NCBI GenBank assembly: GCA_965215335.1
Contig: CBDCDA010000001.1
Location: 1,696,001 to 1,760,000, forward strand
Origin: an uncultured Candidatus Entotheonella sp.
GTDB taxonomy: Bacteria > Tectomicrobia > Entotheonellia > Entotheonellales > Entotheonellaceae
Reading direction: 5' to 3'
Length of the DNA stretch: 64,000 nt
The notes below the pieces were generated by a model, which did not search any database, was not told where the DNA came from, and saw only the letters and a list, made by a program, of their open reading frames with translations. Position numbers and translations under genes: made by a program. Below are positions 20,583-28,834 of this stretch, piece after piece; the first letter of the stretch is position 1; each line of letters opens with the position of its first letter.

Positions 20583-21077
20583 ATGGCATTTTTCGACCTC
20601 ATGCGCGCGCTTCACCTCCTGTCCATGATCGTCGTCCTGGGCGGCTACATCTTTCTCGCCGCGTTCTGGCTGCCGGTGCTCAGGCGCAGCCCCGAGGACG
20701 TGCGCGTCCGGGTGCACTTCCTGGCTCGCACCCTGCGACCTTTCTTCACCATCGTCGTCCTGGCCCTGATGCTGCTGATCCTGACGGGCGGGCTGTACCT
20801 GCTGCCGCCGGCCTACCGGGCTTTCGGCGCCGGCGACGAACCGGCCCTGGCGGCGTTTCATCTTGCCCTGATCCTCAAACTGGCGTCCGTCTTCGGGGTG
20901 GCCTTTCTCGTGCCCATGCAACTCTTCGGCATGGCCTTCCGCCTGACCCGCATGGACGCCGGCATCTATCCCCTGGACGCCGAGGTGGTTGACCGCGTTA
21001 CCGGACGCATGCAGGTCGTTTCCTGCCTCATCATTGCCCTTCTGGTCCTGACCGTGGTGTTATCGACGCGGCTCTAG
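20583..21077 (+). CDS. 4-TM membrane protein (CopD/DUF2269-like architecture)
   Basis: RALHLL...GG, LILTG, LILKL pattern; GGAG RBS. Confidence 0.7.
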   Translation: MAFFDLMRALHLLSMIVVLGGYIFLAAFWLPVLRRSPEDVRVRVHFLARTLRPFFTIVVLALMLLILTGGLYLLPPAYRAFGAGDEPALAAFHLALILKLASVFGVAFLVPMQLFGMAFRLTRMDAGIYPLDAEVVDRVTGRMQVVSCLIIALLVLTVVLSTRL

Positions 21078-22437
21078 CAGCCGCGGCCAGCAGCTCCGCG
21101 CGGGTGTTGCGCGTGGGGTCGTCGAGCACGTCATGCAGCAGATCGTTCAGAATCCGTCCCATGGCCGGACCGGGCGCAACGCCGATTTGCCGCAGGTCGT
21201 TGCCATCGACCGCAAGATCTTTGAGCCCCAAGGGCGAACCGCGCCCGATTTCAACGCGCAGGCGTCGGCGCACGTCCAGCAGGTCGTCGATCCCCTGGGC
21301 AGCGTGGTTGGCAAGACGGTCGGCCATGCGAAGATCGATCACCATGAGCGCCTCGTCGCACCCCAGCCGGTGGACGAAATGGCGCAGGCTTCCCGCCTGC
21401 GCCAGGGCATCGACCTCGAATTCACTGCCGGCGATCAAGGCGGCGACCAAGGCGGGCCGCGCGCCAATGGTGGTGGCGCGCAATGCTTCCAGGCGTTCCC
21501 GGGCCAGCCCGGCAGTCCAGCGCAACGGCGCCTGCCGGGCATTTGCCGATTCGTCTTCGGCTGGCCGGCAATCAAGCCACAGTGCCGCCAGCAGCACGTG
21601 CAGGTCGCCGCGGTTGAGCAGGTCGGCCCCTTGCTGCACGGCGTCGAGCCGTCGCAGGCTGCGTCCGAACAGGCTGGTCTCCAGCGGCACATCCCCCGCC
21701 GCCCGGGCGTCGCGAACAGTCGTCAGGCGGTCGATCTCGGGAAACAGATGCGGCAGCAAGCCCACCTCGTGCATCAGGACAAAGCCGTGCGACGGCCTGG
21801 GCGCCTGGAAAAGCTTCTGCAATTCCATGGCAATCCGTTCGGGTGCCACGGTACCCATCGAAGCGGCGTGCGCCGCCATCGCCGCCCGCGTTTCCGGCTC
21901 GACGTGCAGCCCGAAACGGCTGGCAAACTGCACCCCGCGCAGCATGCGCAGGGGGTCCTCGGGAAAGGCCAGCGGGCTGACCTGCCGCAGCACCCGCGCC
22001 TCCAGGTCGGCGTGCCCGCCGAACGGGTCGATGAGGCGTTCGTCAAGCAGGTCGAGCGCCATTGCGTTGATCGTAAAATCGCGGCGCTCGAGGTCGGTTT
22101 CAATGGGCAGGGCAGGATCGAAGGCCACCTCGAAATCCCGGTGGCCGACGCCGGTGGAGGTTTCAACGCGAGGCATCGCAATGTCGATGGGCGGGCCGTC
22201 CCACTCGCGCGGCAGGAATTTGAGCACCCCGAAGGCCTGCCCGACGCGCTGTACCCGCCCACGGCGGCGCAACAGACGCATCAGGTCGTTTTGGGGCAAC
22301 CCGGCAACCAGCAGATCGAGGTCTTTGTACGCCTTGCCCAGCAGGAAATCCCGCAGCGTGCCGCCCACCATGCAGACGCGCCCGCCGGCTTCGCGGACGG
22401 CGTCTACGAGCGACAGAACGGCGGGGTGCAGATCCAT
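21031..22437 (-). CDS. CCA-adding tRNA nucleotidyltransferase / poly(A) polymerase family
   Basis: VGGTLRDFLLG, DLDL, DLERRDFTINAMA, EDPLRMLRG. Confidence 0.9.
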   Translation of the reverse strand: MDLHPAVLSLVDAVREAGGRVCMVGGTLRDFLLGKAYKDLDLLVAGLPQNDLMRLLRRRGRVQRVGQAFGVLKFLPREWDGPPIDIAMPRVETSTGVGHRDFEVAFDPALPIETDLERRDFTINAMALDLLDERLIDPFGGHADLEARVLRQVSPLAFPEDPLRMLRGVQFASRFGLHVEPETRAAMAAHAASMGTVAPERIAMELQKLFQAPRPSHGFVLMHEVGLLPHLFPEIDRLTTVRDARAAGDVPLETSLFGRSLRRLDAVQQGADLLNRGDLHVLLAALWLDCRPAEDESANARQAPLRWTAGLARERLEALRATTIGARPALVAALIAGSEFEVDALAQAGSLRHFVHRLGCDEALMVIDLRMADRLANHAAQGIDDLLDVRRRLRVEIGRGSPLGLKDLAVDGNDLRQIGVAPGPAMGRILNDLLHDVLDDPTRNTRAELLAAAARAASITPRSGPEGQ

Positions 22438-22465
22438 GGTGCTGCGGCAATCCTGTGCAGGGTCT

Positions 22466-22669
22466 TCAGCGCAACGGGTCGGGTATGGGATAGCGGCGGT
22501 ACGTGATCACTTTCTCGTCGGGGCTCAGCGTGCAGCGCTTCACGGAGTCCTGCATGCTCTCGCGCAGCAGCCCCTGGTGGGAACGCCAGAAGCGCAGCGC
22601 CTTGCGTTTGGCTTCCAGGCGATTGCGACCGGTAAATTCGAGGACGCCTTGCGGCGGCGTCAGGGTCAT
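22466..22669 (-). CDS. Hypothetical small protein
   Basis: 67-aa ORF with GAAGG RBS, same strand as the CCA gene. Confidence 0.55.
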   Translation of the reverse strand: MTLTPPQGVLEFTGRNRLEAKRKALRFWRSHQGLLRESMQDSVKRCTLSPDEKVITYRRYPIPDPLR

Positions 22670-23071
22670 AGCGCGTCTACCTTCGTGATGTAGACGAAAA
22701 AAACCGAATCACCTCTCTCCTCCGAACCCTGAATCAGGTTCAGGACGGGCTCTTGGGGAAAGCGCTCGGCTGCTATGCACCCTTATTGAGGTAAACGGTC
22801 AGGGACGGCTCACCTCCTGATTCCCCGCGCAGAACAGAGAAATAACGACAATTTCAGATAATCGGCATGATCGAACAGGATCGCCCGATTCCATAAACCT
22901 CTTTCATGTTGGAGTGACGTGTGGGCATCGCTCATCGGCTCGGTCGTCCGGTTGATGCCCGTCTGGCAGAGGGAGCCTATACCATTCTCCGAAGGACAGC
23001 ACAAGCCAAATACAGCATGCCTGAGACATAACTCTGCCGCTTCCAGACTTTTCCCATTCCCGTCGTGACCG

Positions 23072-23692
23072 TCAGTCATGGGGGGTGATTTTATGTCGAA
23101 CCCGGGGATGGTCCGAAGATGCCTCGGCCACCCCGGCCAGCAGATTACCCAGCAGGCGCAGGCCGTGGCCGTTTTCCATGGTCAGAATCGACTCGGGGTG
23201 AAACTGCACGCCCTCGATGGGCAGCGAGCGGTGGCGGATGCCCATCACCACGTCGCCCCAGGTCGCGGTCACCTCGAAAACGTCGGGAATCACGTCGCCG
23301 ACCAGGGAGTGGTAGCGGCCTACCGGCAGCGGCGACGGCAGGTCCTCGTAGAGGCCCTGGCCGTAATGGTCGATCGCGCTCTGCTTGCCGTGGTAGGGGC
23401 GCGGCAGCACCCGTAGCGTGCCGCCGAAATACTCGATCATCGCCTGATGGCCCAGGCACACCCCGAACAGCGGCACGTGCCGGTGGAAATGATCGATGCA
23501 GGCCAGCAGGTTGCCGGCGTTGGCGGGCGTCGACGGGCCTGGCGAGAAGACCAGCAAGTCCGGCGCCGACGCCGCCACGAGGTCCACCGGGATGTCGTTG
23601 CGGTACACCCGCACGGCGCATTCGAGGCGGCGAAAGTAATCGACCAGGTTGAAGGTGAACGAATCGAAATTGTCGATCATGGTGACGTTCAT
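23072..23692 (-). CDS. trpG: Anthranilate synthase component II (glutamine amidotransferase)
   Basis: IDNFDSFTFNL, SPGP, GVCLGHQ, RYHSL, GVQFHPES. Confidence 0.92.
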   Translation of the reverse strand: MNVTMIDNFDSFTFNLVDYFRRLECAVRVYRNDIPVDLVAASAPDLLVFSPGPSTPANAGNLLACIDHFHRHVPLFGVCLGHQAMIEYFGGTLRVLPRPYHGKQSAIDHYGQGLYEDLPSPLPVGRYHSLVGDVIPDVFEVTATWGDVVMGIRHRSLPIEGVQFHPESILTMENGHGLRLLGNLLAGVAEASSDHPRVRHKITPHD

Positions 23693-23706
23693 GGAAATCC
23701 CCCCGT

Positions 23707-25329
23707 TTACTCGACGCCGTCCAGCGCTTCCAGCAAGGCCCTTGCCTTGGCCTCGGTTTCCGCGTACTCGGCAGACGGCTCCGAATCGAACAGCAGCGTC
23801 GAGCCGACCCGCACGCGCACGTCGTAAGCGGGTGTCGCGCCGCCCGGCCGCCGCACCAGGTGCGCCGTGCGGATGATGATGCCGGTGTCGAGCTGCCCCG
23901 AAAACGTCAGGTAGCCGACGTTGCCGCCGTAGTAACCGCGGCGGCTGTGCTCGTGGTTCTCGATGTATGCCATGGCCGCCGCCTTGGGCGCCCCGGTGAG
24001 GGTGCCGGCGTTGAGGCAGGCGATGAAGGCGTCGAAGGCGGACAGTCCGGCGGACAGTTCGCCCTCCACCTGTGCCACCGTGTGCATCACGCGCGAGTAT
24101 TTTTCGACGAACCGATAGTCCGAGACGCTGACGCCCGGCTCGCACACCCGGCTGACGTCGTTGCGCGCCAGGTCGATGAGCATGTCGAGTTCCGACTTTT
24201 CCTTCTCCGAATTCAGCAGCTGCATCATGTTGTGATAGTCGGTGAGGCTGTCGGTGCCGCGCGGCATGGTGCCGGAGATGGGCCGCTGCTGCACCACGCC
24301 GCCCTCCACCCGCACGAACATCTCGGGCGAGGCGCCGACCAGCGCCTCGTCGCCGTAATCGACGTAGAACTGGTACGGGGACGGATTGATGGCGCGGAAC
24401 CGCCGGTACAACTCCAGGGGGCTGCGGGTGTATTCCCCCATGAAGCTGTGCGACAGGACGACCTCGAAGAACTCCCCCTGCCGCATCTGTTCGCGCGCCT
24501 CGTCGACCGCCGCCATGAAGGCGTCGCGCCCGGTATCCGATTCCAGCTTGTGGGGCAGGCGATGGCGTTCGGGGACGGCTGCCGGGGCCGCCGGTTGCAG
24601 GCCGGACAGCCGCTCGCGCACCAGGTCGGCGGTGGCGGTGGGACTGTCCAGGAAATCGTAGATGGTCAGCGTCGCCCGCTCCTTCAGGTGGTCGTAAAAC
24701 AGCAGCATGTCCGGTATGAATAGCCGAAAATCCTGGGTGGGGCCGGGCTGCAGGCGGTCGGGCAGCGGCTCGAACAGGCGTACAAAATCGTAGGCGAAGG
24801 CGCCGTACAACCCCAGAGAGCGGTCGTCGCAGCGGAAGTGCCGCAGCAGCGTGCGCACAATCTGCGAGATGTTGTTGAGGTGCAGCCGCTCGTCCTCGGC
24901 CACCGGGCGCCGCTCGCAGGGCACGGTGCCGGTGATCGCCCGGTCGCCGCGCCGCAGGTCCTGGCAACAGGCGAAGTCAACGTCCGCGAGGGGCTGCCGC
25001 AGCATGGCCCGGCCGCGTTCGTTCAGAGCGCGAATAGCGAAGGTGTCTTCCTTGCCCTCGACGAGCACCGGCGGGTCGACCACCGCCAGGGAGTAGCGGC
25101 CATAGACGCGCGAGACGTCGACCGACTCGTACAACACGCCCGGCGTGTCGGCATTGAGGTGTTGGTAAAGCTCCAGGGGGGGCAGGTCGTCGCGGCTGAA
25201 GTCGAACGTCAGCGTCAGGCGTCGCAGGTTGCCGCGTCCGTCGCCGTAGGGCAGAACCTCTTCGCTGACCGGCTGCCGCAAGAGCTGGTCGTGTACGTCA
25301 CTGGCCGTCACAGAGGGAGTGCTTGTCAT
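23707..25329 (-). CDS. trpE: Anthranilate synthase component I
   Basis: LYES..YGRYS, NPSPY, GASPE, PISGT, LARND, GTLTGAPK; Trp-rich leader upstream. Confidence 0.88.
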   Translation of the reverse strand: MTSTPSVTASDVHDQLLRQPVSEEVLPYGDGRGNLRRLTLTFDFSRDDLPPLELYQHLNADTPGVLYESVDVSRVYGRYSLAVVDPPVLVEGKEDTFAIRALNERGRAMLRQPLADVDFACCQDLRRGDRAITGTVPCERRPVAEDERLHLNNISQIVRTLLRHFRCDDRSLGLYGAFAYDFVRLFEPLPDRLQPGPTQDFRLFIPDMLLFYDHLKERATLTIYDFLDSPTATADLVRERLSGLQPAAPAAVPERHRLPHKLESDTGRDAFMAAVDEAREQMRQGEFFEVVLSHSFMGEYTRSPLELYRRFRAINPSPYQFYVDYGDEALVGASPEMFVRVEGGVVQQRPISGTMPRGTDSLTDYHNMMQLLNSEKEKSELDMLIDLARNDVSRVCEPGVSVSDYRFVEKYSRVMHTVAQVEGELSAGLSAFDAFIACLNAGTLTGAPKAAAMAYIENHEHSRRGYYGGNVGYLTFSGQLDTGIIIRTAHLVRRPGGATPAYDVRVRVGSTLLFDSEPSAEYAETEAKARALLEALDGVE

Positions 25330-25508
25330 GGTGTCGTCTCCACGCGTTGCTGTCGTTGCCATTGCTCGCTGTCTGCCCCGTGCGGATTTCACGTCAGCGC
25401 ACGCCATCGCAGGGAACGCGCTTCTGTCGCACGCGGGCTGTACGTTCGATCAAGTAACGCCGTGCCGGAAAAGGAGCGGAAGAACCCAAACGTCGGGACG
25501 GGGCGGGC

Positions 25509-25628
25509 TTACCAGCGCCGCCAGCGGGAGGTACACCATCGCAAGGCACACGGGGGGCGGGAAGGGGCGAAGCCAGATTCAAGGGAGGCATGGGGGCCTG
25601 TAGCCGGACAGGACGCTCGCAGGCTCAT
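25509..25628 (-). CDS. trpL: Trp-rich leader peptide of trpEG (not in ORF track)
   Basis: AAGGAG-N8-ATG; MSLRASCPATGPHASLESGFAPSRPPCALRWCTSRWRRW*; 3 TGG in the last 9 codons. Confidence 0.8.
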   Translation of the reverse strand: MSLRASCPATGPHASLESGFAPSRPPCALRWCTSRWRRW

Positions 25629-25678
25629 GAGACGTTCTCCTTGCGCGGGGTCGCAGACGCGCTGAATACGTGCGGGCG

Positions 25679-25723
25679 ACTATACAGAGGGACATGTATA
25701 CAGAGGGACATGGCGGCTGTCAA
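25679..25723 (-). promoter_or_regulatory. Sigma70-type promoter of trpL-trpEG containing a 16-bp tandem duplication
   Basis: Minus-strand TTGACA (25723-25718), N17, TATACA; TATACAGAGGGACATG repeated exactly at 25681-25696 and 25697-25712. Confidence 0.7.
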
Positions 25724-25837
25724 TCCCGCGGTGCCGGGGGAGCGTGTTTTGACTTTCCGCTTGTCCGCCATGTAAGCTGCACGGCATGGTTGACGCGATT
25801 GATTCCTGAGCCATCCTGACTGGGGAGGACCCGGCCC

Positions 25838-26728
25838 ATGCCACTGGCAACCATGAACGACGGCACGCGCCTGTACTACGAAGCCACCGGCAGCGGCTAC
25901 CCGCTGCTGTTCAGCCACGAGTTCGCCGGCGATTACCGCAGTTGGGAGCCGCAAGTACGTTATTTCGCACGGCGTTACCGGGTGATTACGTACAACGCCC
26001 GCGGCTATCCGCCGTCGGACGTGCCGGCGGACGTCGGCGCCTACTCGCAGGCGCGCGCCATGCACGACGTCGCGCAGCTTCTGGAGGCGTTGCAGGTGCC
26101 GCAGGCGCACGTGATCGGCCTGTCGATGGGCGGCTACGCCACCCTGCATTTCGGCCTCGCCTATCCGCAGATGGCGCGGTCACTGGTCGTGGCGGGATGC
26201 GGCTACGGCTCGGTGGCGGGCGACCGGAAGAGGTTCCAGCAGGACACGGCGCAGGTGGCGCAGCGCATCGAGTGCGACGGCATGCAGGCCATGGCTGCCG
26301 TGTACGCCAAGGGCCCGACGCGGGTACAATTCGAAGACAAGGACCCGCGCGGCTGGCAGGAATTCGCCGATCAACTCGCCGGACATTCGGCCGCCGGCGC
26401 CGCCCTGACGATGCGTGGCGTGCAGGGCCAGCGCCCCTCGGTGTACGAGCTGGAGGCCCGGATGCGGCAGTTGCAGGTGCCCACCCTGGTCGTTACCGGC
26501 GACGAGGACGAGCCATGCCTGGAGCCGGCGCTGTTCATGAAACGCGCCATTCCGACCGCCGGGCTCGTGGTCGTGCCCAAGACCGGCCATACCCTCAACC
26601 TGGAGGAGCCGGAGTCGTTCAACCGTATCGTCAGCGACTTCCTGGCCGCCGTGGAGTCCGGCCAGTGGCAGGCCCGCAACCCGGCCTCGCTGAGCCCCTC
26701 GGCCATTCTGCCCGCCAGGCAACGGTGA
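25838..26728 (+). CDS. Alpha/beta hydrolase
   Basis: HEFAGD, GLSMGG nucleophile elbow, GDED, GHTLNLEEP. Confidence 0.92.
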   Translation: MPLATMNDGTRLYYEATGSGYPLLFSHEFAGDYRSWEPQVRYFARRYRVITYNARGYPPSDVPADVGAYSQARAMHDVAQLLEALQVPQAHVIGLSMGGYATLHFGLAYPQMARSLVVAGCGYGSVAGDRKRFQQDTAQVAQRIECDGMQAMAAVYAKGPTRVQFEDKDPRGWQEFADQLAGHSAAGAALTMRGVQGQRPSVYELEARMRQLQVPTLVVTGDEDEPCLEPALFMKRAIPTAGLVVVPKTGHTLNLEEPESFNRIVSDFLAAVESGQWQARNPASLSPSAILPARQR

Positions 26729-26738
26729 GGACCGAGGT

Positions 26739-27827
26739 ATGCCCAATTCCAATGCCCAGGACCTGATCGGCGCTGTCGAAAGTCCACCGCTACACACCAG
26801 CGCCGCGGAACCGGACGTCGTCGCCCTGCTTTTCGACGCCCGGGAACCGCCGCCCTTTCCCGAGATGAACATCTTTCCCCTGGAATGGCGGGTCGAGACG
26901 CCGATGCTGCAACAGATCTACAACCAGGCCCGCGCTCCCGGCTGGTCGCCCCACACCCTGCCCTGGGACACCCTCGAGGCCGCCGATTTCTCCCCGGACG
27001 AACGCTACGCCATGGCGTACTGGTTCACCCTGCTGTCGGTGTTCGACGGCTCCGGCCCGGCGGTATTCGCGCGCGCCTTCATCCACACCTGGGAAACGCA
27101 CGAGGAAGACCCGGTACGCAAATGCTTCTTCTCGATCGTGCGGGACGAGGTGAACCACGAAGAAGTCTGCCAGCGCGCCATCCAGACCCTGACGCCCAGC
27201 GGCCCGCTCGGCCACGAACCCGAAACGCCCCTCGGCCGGCTCGCCCGCAACAACGTCAAGTGGTATTACCACAACGGTTGCCGGTACTGGACCGGCTTCA
27301 AGAGCGGGATCACGAAGTTCCAATTGCCGATCCTGTTCGCGTCGTTCCTGATGGGAGAGGTGGCGGCGGCGACGCTGTTCCACAGCATGTACCAGCGCAC
27401 CACGCTGCCGGCGCTCAAGGAGGCGTTCAGGATGATCGGCAAGGACGAGGCGCGCCACATGGCGATCTGCCTGGCCGTGCTGCGCAACTTGTTGCCGCGT
27501 CTGACCGACGAGCAGCGCGCCGTCATCACCCGGCAGGTTCGCGCCGGGTTCGTCTTTCTGTCGGGAATTCTATACGTGCCGCCCACGGACTTCTGGGAGC
27601 TCGGCCCGACCTTCCGGCCGGCGCACCGCATGCTGGAAGAAGCGGCCCGCGCCGCCGGCCTGGGCATCCTGACGGAGGACGAGCGGGCCGAGAACTGGCG
27701 CGCTGCGGTGCTGCGGCTGAAGGGCATCCTGGAGCCGCATGGGGTGGAATTTCCGGCCCTGCCGGAAATCGGCATCGACGGCAAGACCGTGGCCATTGAT
27801 CCGCAGGACATCATCCCGGTGTTTTGA
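26739..27827 (+). CDS. Ferritin-like (diiron) protein
   Basis: Two DExxH motifs (RDEVNH, KDEARH) and a GEVAA glutamate in a helical context. Confidence 0.75.
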   Translation: MPNSNAQDLIGAVESPPLHTSAAEPDVVALLFDAREPPPFPEMNIFPLEWRVETPMLQQIYNQARAPGWSPHTLPWDTLEAADFSPDERYAMAYWFTLLSVFDGSGPAVFARAFIHTWETHEEDPVRKCFFSIVRDEVNHEEVCQRAIQTLTPSGPLGHEPETPLGRLARNNVKWYYHNGCRYWTGFKSGITKFQLPILFASFLMGEVAAATLFHSMYQRTTLPALKEAFRMIGKDEARHMAICLAVLRNLLPRLTDEQRAVITRQVRAGFVFLSGILYVPPTDFWELGPTFRPAHRMLEEAARAAGLGILTEDERAENWRAAVLRLKGILEPHGVEFPALPEIGIDGKTVAIDPQDIIPVF

Positions 27828-27849
27828 TCCTGCCCGGAGGCGCGTTCGC

Positions 27850-28566
27850 ATGAAACTGTTGGTCTTTCAGCACATCCCGTGCGAGCATCCCGGCTCGTTG
27901 CGGCAGTTCCTCGAGCGTGACGGCGCCGAGTGGGACGTGGTGGAACTGGACGCGAAGGAGCCGATCCCGGAGCTGACGGGCTATGACGCGCTGTGGGTGA
28001 TGGGCGGGCCGATGGACGTCTGGGACGTCGAGGAGCACCCTTGGCTGATATCCGAAAAGGCCGCCATCCGGACCTGGGTGCGTGACCTGCAAAAGCCGTT
28101 TCTGGGGTTTTGTCTGGGGCATCAGCTTCTGGCCGATGCCCTTGGCGGCACCTGCGGACCGCAGGTGCCGCCGGAAATCGGCGTCATGGGCGTTGAATTG
28201 ACCGAAGCAGGCTTGGCCGACCCTTTGTTTTCCGGGCTGACAGCCGAGCAAAAATGCCTGCAATGGCATTCGGTTCGGGTGGCGCAGCCGCCTGCAGGCG
28301 CGATTGTGCTGGCACGGTCGCCGGCGTGTCCCGTTCAGGCAATGCGCGTCGGGTCGAACGCCTGGTCGATGCAGTATCACGTGGAGGTCGAGCCCGACAC
28401 CGTGGCCCATTGGGCGGCCGTTCCCGCCTATCGCGAGGCGCTGGTCAACGTCATGGGCGAGGGCGGCCCGGGAACCCTTTCACAAGGTGCTGCGGACAAC
28501 ATGGAGCGTTTTCTGGCGAGTGCGGCAACGCTCTACGACAACTTCATGCGCCTCGCCAAAACATGA
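27850..28566 (+). CDS. Type 1 glutamine amidotransferase-like protein
   Basis: VFQHIPCEHPG, MGGPM, GFCLGHQ, QWH, QYHVE. Confidence 0.9.
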   Translation: MKLLVFQHIPCEHPGSLRQFLERDGAEWDVVELDAKEPIPELTGYDALWVMGGPMDVWDVEEHPWLISEKAAIRTWVRDLQKPFLGFCLGHQLLADALGGTCGPQVPPEIGVMGVELTEAGLADPLFSGLTAEQKCLQWHSVRVAQPPAGAIVLARSPACPVQAMRVGSNAWSMQYHVEVEPDTVAHWAAVPAYREALVNVMGEGGPGTLSQGAADNMERFLASAATLYDNFMRLAKT

Positions 28567-28571
28567 AGGCG

Positions 28572-28825
28572 TTAGTCGTTGAAGGCGTCCCCTAAACGTT
28601 GCGGCGCTTCCGGCTTGCCGACGATGGAGCCCGTTCCCGTCACCCGGACGGCCTCGCGGGAGAGGACGTCGGTGAAGCAGACTTCCACCGCCGGGTTGGC
28701 GCGCAGGTTAGCCGGTGGGCCAGGCGGGCGCAGATTGCCGAACGCCGGCGTCTCGTCATCGACGATGACGAAAGTGGCCTTGGGCGATACCGAAGGGGTT
28801 CCGTCCACATTTCCTCAGTCGGCAT
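28572..28825 (-). pseudogene. Pyridoxamine 5'-phosphate oxidase family remnant
   Basis: MPTEEM joined out of frame to DGTPSVSPKATFVIVDD...NLRANPAVEVCF; truncated. Confidence 0.65.
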
Positions 28826-28834
28826 CGTTCGCCA

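Noticed and set aside
22690..23070. Lower-GC gap with an 89-aa ORF and a CCTGAATCAGGTTCAGG palindrome
   Set aside because: No recognisable protein motif or RNA family; cannot support a call
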